DNA from: Fimicolochytrium jonesii
Taxonomy: Eukaryota
Reading direction: 5' to 3'
NCBI RefSeq assembly: GCF_025526975.1
Contig: NW_026515692.1
Coordinates: 62,001 to 126,000 of the forward strand
DNA length: 64,000 bases
Position numbers and translations under genes: made by a program. Each line of letters begins with the position of its first letter. Position 1 is the first letter of the stretch. The notes below the pieces were generated by a model. The model saw nothing but the letters and a program-made list of their open reading frames with translations, made no database searches and was not told the origin of the DNA. Shown here one piece after another: positions 12,157-23,961 of this stretch.

Positions 12157-12353
12157 TGTGGTGCGGTGAGGAAACAGGTCATATTGCCGCAACCCTAACT
12201 CCCTGCGGTAACCCTACCCCACTAGCTAGTTTATATCCCCAGTCACCTGACTTGTTGTCGTATTTTTCTACTTGTACATATCCGCGCGCGACTGCGCCGG
12301 CTTTCTCTTTTCTTCTTTACCCATAATACATCTATATATCCCTGCCTACCTCA
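12157..12353 (+). repeat. 5' LTR
   Basis: TGTGGTGCGGTGAGG...CCTACCTCA, duplicated at 20618-20814. Confidence 0.97.
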
Positions 12354-12356
12354 TTC

Positions 12357-12367
12357 TGGTGGAGAAT
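12357..12367 (+). promoter_or_regulatory. Primer-binding site, probably for tRNA-Ala
   Basis: TGGTGGAGAAT, 3 nt after the LTR, is complementary to the ...ATTCTCCACCA 3' end typical of eukaryotic tRNA-Ala. Confidence 0.7.
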
Positions 12368-12780
12368 TGGGAAGTAGGTGTTTTGGGGACACCCACACCG
12401 TCGCTACAACCGCAACAAAGAAGAGTATCCGTTCTTCCGTTTCGTCCATACTTGGTGTACCGTTTTGAGCATTCCACGCCATTCCCGCCACTTTCCGCGT
12501 GGCTATAGCGATTTCCTTAGTTACCGGCGGCGATCCCCGGCATCCATCCATCCATCAGTTCCCGACAACAATCCACCAATCCGACGACGGCTTCCTAGGC
12601 ATCATCGTCCCGGCTATCCATTCCCGCTGAGTATCCATCGATTGGACCACTCTCCGCAACGATCCATTCATACACGTCGTCGTCCCGTGAGAAAAGCCCA
12701 GCTTGAGGTGCAGCCTGGATTTGGGCACTCGCAACAACACAGAGACCGTACTTTTCGTAACCGTCCGTCGAGAATATCCA

Positions 12781-14547
12781 ATGGCGTTCCCTGGCACTCC
12801 CGCCTTCTTCGGAAGCAACGATTGGCGTGACACTCGTCCTCTTTTTAGCGACACCCAAGAAGACAATGAACTCAGCGAGCACGACAGCAGCGACGGCCAC
12901 TCCGCTTGCGCCTGCGCTACGGAGTCCGCGCACGCGCGCATCGACGCCTTCCTTGCCCGCTCACAAATCGAGCATGCGGGTGTAAAGATCGGATTGTATG
13001 GCGCCATTTCGCATGTCGATGCAGAAGTCCTTGTCGGCTTGCTTCAATTCTGTACCGATATGGGCATTAGCTTCGATTCAGTATGTGAAGGCTTAGCGGA
13101 CGGTACCCTTGATCGAGTCTACGTCCAATCCCTCAAGTTCGCACTCGACGCTCATCCCGCGCAATTCGCCCTCCGTGAATTTGCGAACATCGTCAAAACT
13201 GCCACTGTTTGGCGTCTCTCGCGTGATCGCTACCATGCCGGCCCGCATGCGGCGACTCGTCCTCAGTCGGCGCCCTCAAACAACCCTACTTCTCGTCCTC
13301 CGCATCGCGCTGGTGCTATACCTTCGGCACCTGTAGCCGCTGCCCCTCTAGATGGCGCCGTTAGTCAACAGGATCTCGTCACGTTGATGTTCCGCACCCT
13401 CGAACAACTTCAGCGCACCCCGCAGACAACCAATTCACAAGCGTCACTCAACAAAGGCCTGCCCAAATACGAAGGCAATAAATATCATCAGGACTCGTCA
13501 CGAATCTTGCAATGGCTCCGCACCTTCGACAAGCTCGCTGACTCTTGCGGCGTTCAAGAAAAGGACCGCTTCCGTTGGCTGTCTAAGGCGATTGATGACA
13601 AAGACCAGCTCACTTGGACATGGTTTACGTCGTATCAAGGCAACACCCAAGATTGGAACCACGTTCGTACCGATATGGTTTTAGAATGCGCCTCGTCGGT
13701 CGACCGCGACCCGTCGCTCCTCGCCGACCGCATCTCAACCTTCCAGCGCGCTCCGGGGCAAACCATTCGTCAGTACGGCAGCCTATTCTTGTCATTAGTT
13801 TACGAACTCGAATACCTCAATAAACACATTGCAACGGTCGCTACGGAACTCACCCGGACCCAAATTGCTCGAGCTTTTATCCGCGGTCTAGGCGATAGTG
13901 CTACGCTGGCGCACGCGCTTGGTTTGCCGAACTTCAACCAGCTTCCAATCGAGGAGTTGATTCGGGCTTGCGCCGATTACGCCGAACGCAAGGACGCATA
14001 CTCAGCGCCAAACGTGCCGTATCAGGCGTCGACTCGTCCATCGTACCCCGCACCGACGGCTACGAACATCCCGGGCACCAACAACCAGTATCCCTCAAAT
14101 GCGCGGAACCAGCGTCCTTCGGTACCTCGCGCACAGCCCGCTCCACGGGTCTTGCAACCAGCGCCGCAAGCTTCGGCCCCGACGACTTCGGCGGCTCCGG
14201 CAGCGTCTGGTCCGGATGACTTGACTGCCCGCATGCGCGACCTTTCCATCAAGACCGCCGGTAATAGCAACCAGTATCCTCCGGGCCTTCCCAGCGCGCG
14301 CCCTCAACGCCGCGACCGCGCCTGCTTTCGTGGCGGACAATCCGGCCACATCTTCAGGGATTGTCAATCCACCACGAAACTGGATACCTGGCATGGGTAC
14401 CAGTTAGCGGCCGCCTTCTACCCCAAAGAAGTCCATGAGTACGACGAAGATCATACCGAATATTACTCGATGGTCCTCCGCGATGTGGGCCACTACTACG
14501 CGGACCCGGAAGACCAGGATTTTCCCAATGGGAGCTCGGAGCAGTAG
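12781..14547 (+). CDS. gag: Gag of the Gypsy element
   Basis: Long ORF (12703..14547; first ATG 12781) with capsid-like LPKYEG..ILQWLRTF..TWF..DWNHVR..FQRAPGQTIRQY and a degenerate knuckle CFRGGQSGHIFRDC. Confidence 0.85.
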   Translation: MAFPGTPAFFGSNDWRDTRPLFSDTQEDNELSEHDSSDGHSACACATESAHARIDAFLARSQIEHAGVKIGLYGAISHVDAEVLVGLLQFCTDMGISFDSVCEGLADGTLDRVYVQSLKFALDAHPAQFALREFANIVKTATVWRLSRDRYHAGPHAATRPQSAPSNNPTSRPPHRAGAIPSAPVAAAPLDGAVSQQDLVTLMFRTLEQLQRTPQTTNSQASLNKGLPKYEGNKYHQDSSRILQWLRTFDKLADSCGVQEKDRFRWLSKAIDDKDQLTWTWFTSYQGNTQDWNHVRTDMVLECASSVDRDPSLLADRISTFQRAPGQTIRQYGSLFLSLVYELEYLNKHIATVATELTRTQIARAFIRGLGDSATLAHALGLPNFNQLPIEELIRACADYAERKDAYSAPNVPYQASTRPSYPAPTATNIPGTNNQYPSNARNQRPSVPRAQPAPRVLQPAPQASAPTTSAAPAASGPDDLTARMRDLSIKTAGNSNQYPPGLPSARPQRRDRACFRGGQSGHIFRDCQSTTKLDTWHGYQLAAAFYPKEVHEYDEDHTEYYSMVLRDVGHYYADPEDQDFPNGSSEQ

Positions 14548-14563
14548 GGGACTCCGACCTCCC
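14517..14563 (+). promoter_or_regulatory. Putative -1 programmed ribosomal frameshift signal (G_GAU_UUU plus stem-loop)
   Basis: GGATTTT at 14517-14523 in gag phase, 6-nt spacer, then hairpin GGGAG-C-TCGGAG / CTCCGA-C-CTCCC (14530-14563). The -1 frame is open into pol. Confidence 0.8.
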
Positions 14564-17500
14564 GCAATACGATCCTCCGGATCCCCGCCCAATGTCGTTG
14601 GCGATTTTTATGGCTGAGAAGAGAAAAGCGGATGAGCTCCCGTCCGAACCGGCTTCGAAACGACTGAACACTTCGACGCACCCGATGCCCTTCCCGGCAC
14701 GGCCCCCGCTCAAGACTCGTCCCTCGGTGACGCCCGCCCGCCCGCCGGGTGTCCTTCCTTCACGTTACACTGTCGGTCAACAACAGAGTACGCCGATGCC
14801 GGCGCGGTTTCCCCCGGTACCTCCCCCGCCGACCAGATTACCTCCTACACCCATTGTCGAGTTACCTCGCGTTACTCCACCGCCTAAATCGGTACGCTTC
14901 AACACTCCCACCAGTACACCGATGGAGATCGATCCCCGGGGGACATCCGGTCCAACCCGACCTGCCGCACCGCACAAGCCGCCGTCACCGATTGTTCCCA
15001 CCCGCAAGTCCCCCTCACCGCCGCCCCGCGCCGATTCCCCGGTCGGTGATGACGATCCGCGCATTCCTGCTCCCATCCGTGCGCTGATTGACAAGAAACA
15101 ATTCGATATCGTCAACTTCCTCAACGAGACTGAAGTGCGCGGACTTACTCTCGCTGACCTACTCCAATGGAGCCCGGCCTTACGCGAACGCCTCCGCGAC
15201 GCGATGAAACTCGTCCCCAAGGTGCGCCGCGCGGCTCTATGTTTTCGCAAACCTCTACTTGGTGCCTGGCACCCTGACACTGAGCCTCCGGACCATGACA
15301 ACGACAACACCCTCGACGGACGTCTCGACTTTCACCTCAAAGCTCTCTCCAAGGTTGATGTTTCCGCAACCGGCACCCATTACATGAACGCGCTCATCCA
15401 GAATTCGCCCGCGAAGTGCCTCTTCGACGGTGGTTGCTGCTTGATCGCCATCAGCGCCGAGGTCCGCAAGCGCCACCAATGGACTCTCACCAAGGTTCCT
15501 CCTACCTTTCATTTGCGCCAAGTTGACGGTTCCGCTCCTAAGCTCGAGGGAGAGGTCCACAACCTCGTCGTCACCATCGAGGGTCATCAAGTTCCGATCA
15601 ACGTCCTTTCCATCGTCGGAATGGACGCCGAGTGCTTACTAGGTCGTCCATTTCTGGAGATGGTAATGGGCATCACCCATTGGAAGAATTCCATTTACCA
15701 TTTCAAGATTCACGGCTCCTGGATCCTCGTCCAAGGTAGCACTGGAGAGACGCGCGAAGTCCGTACCCTCACGGCGGCCGAGGAACGTGAATGGGATCAG
15801 CACGGTCGTACACCCCTTCTCGATATCACTCCTCCGGCGCCACGCACCCGTTCCCAAACCAGGCAAGCCAACATCTCCTCATTGATCGCTGACGGCTTCA
15901 AGGTGGAGATCGATCACACGGGCGATCAGACGCTCGCTGACATTCGTAGTGGCGCTCTCTTCGGCATACTACAAACTGAGCCCTGTCCACCCCTACCCGG
16001 CGACGACTATTCCCCGGATTCCGATCAGATGGATTTCCGCATCAACCTGCTACGCACCTTCGCGAATGCCCCGGTCCCCAACCAGATCACCGTCCCGGCT
16101 TTCCGACAACTTAAACAGGCTTTGCAACTCGAGCCCAAACTGCCCGAATTCACTCTCCCCGCGACACATGAGTTCCGCTTCCTCACGTGGAATGTTAATT
16201 CTTTGCGCAACCTCGTCCGCAAGGGGGTCGACCTGGGCTCCCTCTTCAACCGCCTGAACCTCGATATCGTTTGTTTCCAAGAAATCAAGTGTTCGCGTTC
16301 TTCATTACCGCTGTCGCTCACGGACATTCCGGGTTACCGCTCCTTTTGGTCGCTCAGTGAGACCAAACAAGGTGTCAAAGGCGTTGGGACGTACGTCCGC
16401 GCTGAGTTAGCCGCTACGCTACGCAAGGTCACAACCGACGCTGATCTACCGATCGACCCGGACGCCGATTGTGAGGGCCGTGTTCTCGCCCTCGACTTCG
16501 ACCAATGCACCGTGATCAACGTCTATTATCCGAACGGCGGGATGGGCGACGCTGATCAACAGGCTCATGCGATTACTTCCAAGATCGCCCTCCATCAGAC
16601 TCTGCTTCAGATCGCCACCGCGGCCCGGACGAGCGGACGACATGTCATATTCGCCGGCGATTTCAACGTTGCGCATACCGATTCGGATGTTCACCCCAAC
16701 CTGAAACACCAGATGCACACCGGTGTGACCCCAGCGGAGCGACAACTGCTCACGCATTTGACCGATCACGATTTCGTCGACACTTACACTACCTGCCACC
16801 CTGACGCGCCGGCCGGTGATGGCTACACCACATGGTGGTTCTCCAAGCACGCGCGCGAACGGAACATTGGGCTTTGACTCGATTATATCTTCCTCGGTCT
16901 GCCGGATGCGGATTATACTCCTCATATCACTTGCGATGTCCTGCACGAACTCCACGGCTCCGATCACGTTCCGCTGTTATTCACCCTACGCACCATAGTC
17001 GAAGAAACGATCCCCGAGTATCACGCCAAGATGTCGTCGTTAGTCAACGCTTCCCCGGAGTACGTTTCGCCCCTAGCCCCCCGCGACTCACCTACGCTCG
17101 TCCGCCAAGTCGCCGGCATCACTATCGAGTCGATCACTGCGCGATCCATACGCCCGACACCCATGCGCCCACTCAAGGTCGGCACCCGCACCTTCCAGGT
17201 TGCCGAAGATTTACCACCCGCGGTCGTTACCGAGTTAGAACAACTTCTTCACGAATACCACGACGAGTTCTGCAATAAAGACGAAGTGCCCCGCACCTTC
17301 AAGAACGTGCCTGAAATGAATCCGGTCTTGAAGCCCGACCATACCGGTCAACGCAAACTCCCTTTCCCGAAAACGCGCGCGCACAGCCCCAAGGATACCA
17401 AGGTGTTAAACGAATGGTGCGACCGGATGCTCCGGTGGGACAAGATCGAGCTGGTTACCGATCCCCCAGTGGTCGCTGCGCTGCCCATCGTCGTCTACAA

Positions 17501-20351
17501 GAATGGTGTAGCGCGGGTATGTGCGCACTTCAAGGTCAACAGCGAGATCCAAGCTTTCCGGTACCCCATCATTCCCGCTCACCTTACCTTGCAACGTGTC
17601 GCCGCGGCCGACCGCATCACGGCCTTCGACTTCCGCCTCGGCTATCATCAGTCCCCACTCCATGTCGCCGCTCGTTACCTCACCACCATCTTACTTCCGC
17701 GCGGGATTTATCAGTACAAAGTCGGACCCATGGGCTTCATCGACACGGGCGAATGGTTCTCCTTCCAAATCGACACCATGATCGGCGAAGTCAAGTTACT
17801 CAAGGACCACACCCACCTCTTTCGCGACGACGCTTACCTGTGCGAAGACAATTTAACAGACCACTCCAGACCCACACACATTGACCGCCTCCGCGCATTC
17901 TTGGAAACCGCCCGCACTCACAACGCTTCAATCTCCGAGCACAAATGTCTCTTCGCCGCTGGCCGGGTCCCCGCGCTGGGCAAACTCGTCGGCAATCGAC
18001 AAATCGCGACCACCGCCAGTAAACTTGACGTCGTCGCCCAGTGGCCTACCCCACGCCATCAAGAAGACCTCCGTTCCTTCCGCGGTTTCATCGGCTTCAT
18101 CTCGGACGGGCTTCCTGACTACGGTCTCTTGATGGCACCTTTGAATACGCTCCTCCGCAAAGAATTTGCCGATAAACGCAAGTTCCGCGCCGAATGGCTC
18201 CGCTCCCAAGAGTACTGTCGCGCCTTTTTAGATGTCAAGCAGCTCGCATCCGACAGCTTCGTTCTTCACGCATACAACCCTAATCGGCCATTGATCATTG
18301 CCACCGACGGGTCCGGCACCGGCGCCGGGGTTGTGGTCGCTCATTGTCTCGATCCCGCCGATGACTACCGGGTTACGGCCGACACTCGCTACGTTCCATG
18401 TGAATTCTTCTCCCGCACATGGACCGGAGCCGAGCTTCACTACGAACAACCCGAACGAGAATTGGCTGCCATCATTTTCGGGTTGCTGAAAGCGGAAGTC
18501 CACCTCACCTTCGAATTCTACATTATCACGGATCATCAAGCTTGGGTCAAGTGTCAGAACGCGCATACCAAGAATCGACGCATCCTCAAATGGTTCAACT
18601 ACATCAACGCACTCCCTACCGCTGACGGTTGGCCGAAATATATCTTCCGCCGCACGGCCGCCCACATCGACGCCGACGCTCTCTCCCGTCGACCCGCAGC
18701 CCCGAGCGAACTTCTCACTTCCACAATCGACGATGAGCTGGATCTGACGCATCCGTGCCCGCTGAACGACATTCACATCAGCGCCAACATCAACCTCCTC
18801 ACGCTCGGTTGGGAACCGTACGACTCCATTCACGCTTACCTCCGGGGAGATCACGCATTCCTCGGTACCGACCCGGCACATGCTACGCGCATCCGCTCAT
18901 TGGCTCACCGCTTCTTCATCTACGACGGTCGCCTCTATCGCCGCAGCCTTCCTCGCATGCCACCCCGACTGGTCCCCCGTTTAGAGGATGTCGCAGCCAT
19001 CAAGCGTACCTTCCATGGCGACCATCCGGGCTCCTTTGGCCATCTCGGCGTCTTGACAGCGTATCAGATGATTGCCTTACGCTACTTCTGGTTCAACTTG
19101 TACAGCGACATTGAAGAGTGGGTGCGCGCCTGTCCAGTATGTCAGCTCCGTCAATTACGCCGCCCCAAGCAATACCAGCTGTTTCGCATCATTCCCCCGG
19201 CGCTCCTCTTCACGTTGTTAGGTCTCGACTGCGTCACCTACCCGAACGCCCAGATCGGTCGGTCTTCCCAAGTCTACATCGGCTGCCTCTGCGTCTTTGA
19301 TTACCCGTCCGGCTACGGTTGGGCCTACCCGCTCAAGGCGTTCGACGGCCTCAACATCGTTCTCGCGCTCCGCGATTGGTGCGCTCGGTATGGTGTCCCA
19401 GTTCACATCGTGGTTGACAACGCGCAGTATTTTATTGAAGGCGCATTCGCGGCATGGGCGTCCAGGAAATCGATCGAGCTCGTTCAAACGTCGACAATGC
19501 ACCCCATGGGGAATGGTCGGGCTGAGAAGTTTGTCCAGGACATCACTCGTGTTCTGTCTCACATCGTATTGCAACGGAACTTAGAAGCCAAGGTCGACCC
19601 CCCGGACCTGACGATTTGGCCCGACTGCCTCGATTCGGCGATGTACACTTACCTGAATCACGTCGCCCGGACCACAGCCGTTTCCCCCTACAACGTTGTA
19701 TTCGGCCAGCATTGCCACGTTCCCGGACATGCGACCACCGGCCTGCTCGACCCGGAAGCGCTCGACACCTTGCTCACTGACGAATACCGCGCCGACCGCG
19801 ACGTCCTCCGCACATGGGCTCTTCAGACCGCTAACCGCAACCGCATCCACGAAACCGAGGCCATCAACGCTACCCGCAAACCCCCGAGAACATATGCGGT
19901 CGGTGATTGGGTGTACGTTCATCGCAACGAGCTGGACACGACCTACGTCTCGACCCGCAAGCTCGTCAACCGTTGGACCGGTCCATATCAGATTTCCAAG
20001 GCTTACCCCGGTGGCGCCTATCTGCTCCTAGATGAACACGGGACCCCTGCTTTCAACTCGCGCCCTGTCAACCATCTCCGCTTAGTTCCCGCTCGAGTAC
20101 GCCCTGCGTGGTCCGCCCCCGCGTTTACCGCCGACCTCCCACTCCCGCTCCATGACGACCAATTGGATCCCCCTCCCAACGCTACGACTAAAGAGATCAA
20201 CAATGACTCTCTCTCCGTCCCTGAACCCATCCCGGACGACCTCCAAGTTTCCCTCGCCGTCCTTTCCGCGGCGCTTCCCTCAGACGACATCTCCTCATAT
20301 CCTTGCGAACGCCCCGTCGATCCCGCCCATCCTGTTCGCCGCAGGTGTTGA
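14520..20351 (+). CDS. pol: Pol polyprotein: protease, exonuclease III/AP endonuclease, RT, RNase H, integrase; one in-frame TGA at 16875-16877
   Basis: ORFs 14592..16877 and 17031..20351 are in the same frame, and 16878-17030 is open. PR: KCLFDGG..CLLGRPFL. RT: FDFRLGYHQ, PMGF, FRDD. RH: IATDGS..ERELAAI..TDHQ. INT: H..GHLG..CPVCQ, LGLD, VDNA, GRAE. Confidence 0.92.
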
Positions 20352-20600
20352 CTCTTCCTCTTTCGACTTCCCGCCTTTCTCCCGTTCCGCTTTTTTCTCG
20401 TTTCGGTTTTTTCGCTTTCGCTTCATCAACTCGAACGATCGCTCGCCTCCGTCACCACGCGCCCGCTAATGCCCCCGGGACGGTCCGTCTATACCGCGTC
20501 AGTGCCTCTGCGTCGATCAACGTCCTTTTCTTCTTCTTTTCGGTTTCGGATCACTTGTGTTGCGTCTTGTTTCGGTTTCTCGTGACTCGCTTGGCACTGT

Positions 20601-20617
20601 GGAGGCAGGGGGAGGAA
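20601..20617 (+). promoter_or_regulatory. Polypurine tract
   Basis: GGAGGCAGGGGGAGGAA immediately before the 3' LTR. Confidence 0.9.
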
Positions 20618-20814
20618 TGTGGTGCGGTGAGGAAACAGGTCATATTGCCGCAACCCTAACTCCCTGCGGTAACCCTACCCCACTAGCTAGTTTATATCCC
20701 CAGTCACATGACTTGTTGTCGTATTTTTCTACTTGTACATATCCGCGCGCGACTGCGCCGGCTTTCTCTTTTCTTCTTTACCCATAATACATCTATATAT
20801 CCCTGCCTACCTCA
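20618..20814 (+). repeat. 3' LTR
   Basis: Copy of 12157-12353, differing C/A at LTR position 91. Confidence 0.97.
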
Positions 20815-21638
20815 GCGTGTCAACGGCATATCCGGAGCATCCGGACGAGACGAGACGGCAGCCTCACCGCACGACATCGGCGTTGGCCCCATTACGCCTC
20901 ATCGCCCCTCAGCCACTCAACGGGCACCGCGAGCATCCAGCTCATATGCTCTCTCGCCCCGCTCGCTCATCCGGAGCAACTCCGACAGTGGACTTCCATA
21001 CCCGATTTCAAAAACCGGGAATAACGCGAGGACGGTGTTCTTAAAGGTTTGGTAACTTTGCTGTGCTGATACATTCACCTTCGTGTTGGTTGGAATCCAA
21101 CCGCCTTAAAGGGCGCTTTCTTCATTTGTCCAGCCATCGCTATCATGCCGAGCGTGAAGTCCATCCTCGAAACAGCGCCCTCTAGCGCGACAAGCGTGCA
21201 TCGGGGATGTCCTAATGGACGTAAATGCTCGTGCCATTTAAAAAAAGGAGTTCTGAAGGCAAAAGAAATGTTCATGGGAATATACCAGTAAACAATGTAA
21301 CGCATCTAAATGGCACGCAACGTAGTGTGCTTCCTTGATATTTTGAAAGATGTATATGGATCAGTTTGTCATGGAACTATGGTACATGGGAACAGGGAAA
21401 ATACGACGTGTTATTTCCATCTGAGTACTTGCAGCCCAAAAAAGTGGCGCGCCAAGGTGAGCCGATGCTGTGCTGTGTTCGTTCTATATCCAGCTGCCAA
21501 TGAGTCAAGAGCGTTTAGGCGGACGCTCGTAGGATTCCTGGCTGCGAGGGCTCTCTCTAGCTTCGCGCCGATCGTGTTCAAATACATAATTGGGAGGAGC
21601 CCGGCTGCTATCCCTCTTTCGCTTGCAGCAATGCGGCT

Positions 21639-23547
21639 CTAGAACATCGCTTGTCCCTCTTCGTACTGCTCCTTGAGGAAGATCTCAAAGTACTGTAGTG
21701 CACAGAAACGGGCAAGCATGTGAGTATATTTACCAGACCACCAGTGACCCCGCGACACGGAAGCATACCTGGTAGATGATGGTAACCGCAAGCAAGATAC
21801 CGGTCCCGGACCCAATAGCGCCGAGCAGGTCAGCAGAAACCGACAAAGCCCCAATACACAGGCCCCCAAAAGCCGCAGCAGTCGGAATGATCCGCTTCAG
21901 CTCCTTGTACATCGACTGATCACGATGACCGCGCATGACCAGCTGTTGCTCTTTCAGCTGTCTAACCACATCGCGCGGAGACGATCCCGACACCTCGATC
22001 CATGTTTTGGAAAGGAATGCGCATGCGGAGAGCATGAATGTGACGTAGATGACAAAGTGCACGGGATCGACGAAGGCCTCCTTGAGACTGTGGGGCGGCG
22101 AGATGTAGTAGGCAAATCCGCTGGCGGCTTGTTCTTGTGGAATGCCTTCAGGGCTCTGTGATTACGGGTTGAACAGTGAGGTGAAGAATCTCCCAGAGAC
22201 TGCCCTTCAATAGACAACGCACCTTCCACACGCCCAAAAGACGGACAAGCAAGTTCTCCGGCCATCTCTTATACAAAAGCTGGGAAATGAAAAAGACGTT
22301 GGAAACGAGCGCCGACTGTAGCATGATAGGCATGTTGGATGTGTAGAAGAGTTTGATCGGGTAGTTGCCCTGTTGCCCACGGTAGCGGTTGGACTTGACG
22401 GGAATGTCGATGCGGAAGCTTTGCAAGTAGATGACAACGGCAAAGACGACCAGGGTCGCAATCAAGTTGGAGAGGTTGGGCAGGTTTTGGCGGTACATGG
22501 CCTCCTTCAACGCGCGGAATTTGTCACTTCTGGTGAACAGGAGATGAAACAATGCGACAACGGCTCCTTCAAACTCCGTTCCTGGAATGAATGGCACAGA
22601 TTGGATATGTCATCTGACGATCAGGAGCCCATGCAAATGAATATCCTTTCCAAATCCTACCTCGTCCGGTGTTGTAGGTGGTGGGACTAAAGGCTTTCCA
22701 GATGATGGTTTCGCAGATGTTCGTGGCGATGAAGAGCGAGATGCCGGATCCAAGACCGTAACCCTTCTGCAGTAGCTCGTCGAGCAACAGGATAATCAAT
22801 GCCGCGATGCAGAGTTGAAGAATCAACAAAACAGAGATCGCTGGTCCGATATCCTTGGGATTTCCGTACACTCCCGACCACACCGCTACCGTCGCTTGAC
22901 CGATCGCAATCACCATTGCAAACACTATGGAGAGTGCCTAGAGTAAGTACCATCGTCTTGGGTATCCATACGCAGGGTTCATCCATCAACACTTACGTTT
23001 CTGAGCCCCCGAAAACAACGCGCGATCTTCTTTGAGGGAGTGATCGACCTCAATGATATTGGCACCGGCCAACAGCTGCATAATCATGCTGGATGTCACG
23101 ATGGGAGTTATCCCCAGCTCCATCAAGGTTCCTCTATTGGACGCCATGATGACACGGAGCCAGTACATGGGATCTGAGGATTCGGAAGACATGATTCCGA
23201 ACAGTGGGATCTGACTGCAGACCAGGAAGATGAAGAGCGTGATTGCGGTCCACATGACCTTCTCGCGGAACTGAACCTGTTGAAACGGGTGAAGCATCGA
23301 TAAATAAGCTTTTGCCGTAAGATGCATCTCCCATCGGGGCGTCGTTCGACGTCAAACCCATTCCCCTGTTTCCAACGGTCGTATTTTTGCCTCCCATACC
23401 TTGCGATCTGGCGAGACGACCTCGGGCATCAGCGCAATAAATGGCTTCAGCACATGAAGCAAGCGGACTGTGTGGGACGAATCGACGCATTAAAACCATA
23501 TCCGACAGATTTCGAAAGGACTTCCTGGCCGCAAACTTACACGACAT
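21639..23547 (-). CDS. SEC61: Protein transport protein Sec61 alpha subunit (multi-exon)
   Basis: Spliced [12 protein letters not shown]...[94 protein letters not shown]. Confidence 0.97.
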
Positions 23548-23961
23548 CTTGGGGGATTACTTGAAGTAAAGAAGGGAGCTTGGGGCGGGTCCACTGCCGA
23601 CTGACTGCTGGCTAGTGGTTATTAGAGAGCGTACAGTACAGAGAGCGTAGAGCGCGAGCGGCAGTTGAGCGGCAGTGACAATGCAGTCGGCGCATCGCAT
23701 CCATCCAGCCAATCAGCGCGCGCCAGTCATCGAAGCACCCTCCGAGCGTGTTCTCCAGTTTCCCTTCCTTTTGCTTCGTTTCCATTTTTTTTCCCAAGTG
23801 AACTTCAAACCCTCCTTGCCAACCTCAACCTCCGCACCCTCCTATGAACGCAGGTCAACGCACTCCCCTCCAACCCGCCCTCGGCTGCTTACACCCAACC
23901 TGCCTCCGACCCTAGTGAGCAGAGGGAACACGGCAACGTGTCGATTGGGGAGAAGTTGAAG

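Larger units (their letters stand above)
12157..20814 (+). mobile_element. Full-length Ty3/Gypsy LTR retrotransposon (8658 bp), domain order gag-PR-ExoIII/APE-RT-RH-INT
   Basis: 197-bp LTRs TG..CA at 12157-12353 and 20618-20814 (one mismatch seen), GCGT TSD at 12153-12156 and 20815-20818, PBS, PPT, Gypsy domain order. Confidence 0.97.

Noticed and set aside
16170..20351. Nested non-LTR (LINE) element explaining the endonuclease plus RT
   Set aside because: The RT, RNase H and integrase are Gypsy-type and in frame with the protease. There is no poly(A) or internal TSD, and the endonuclease motifs look cellular.
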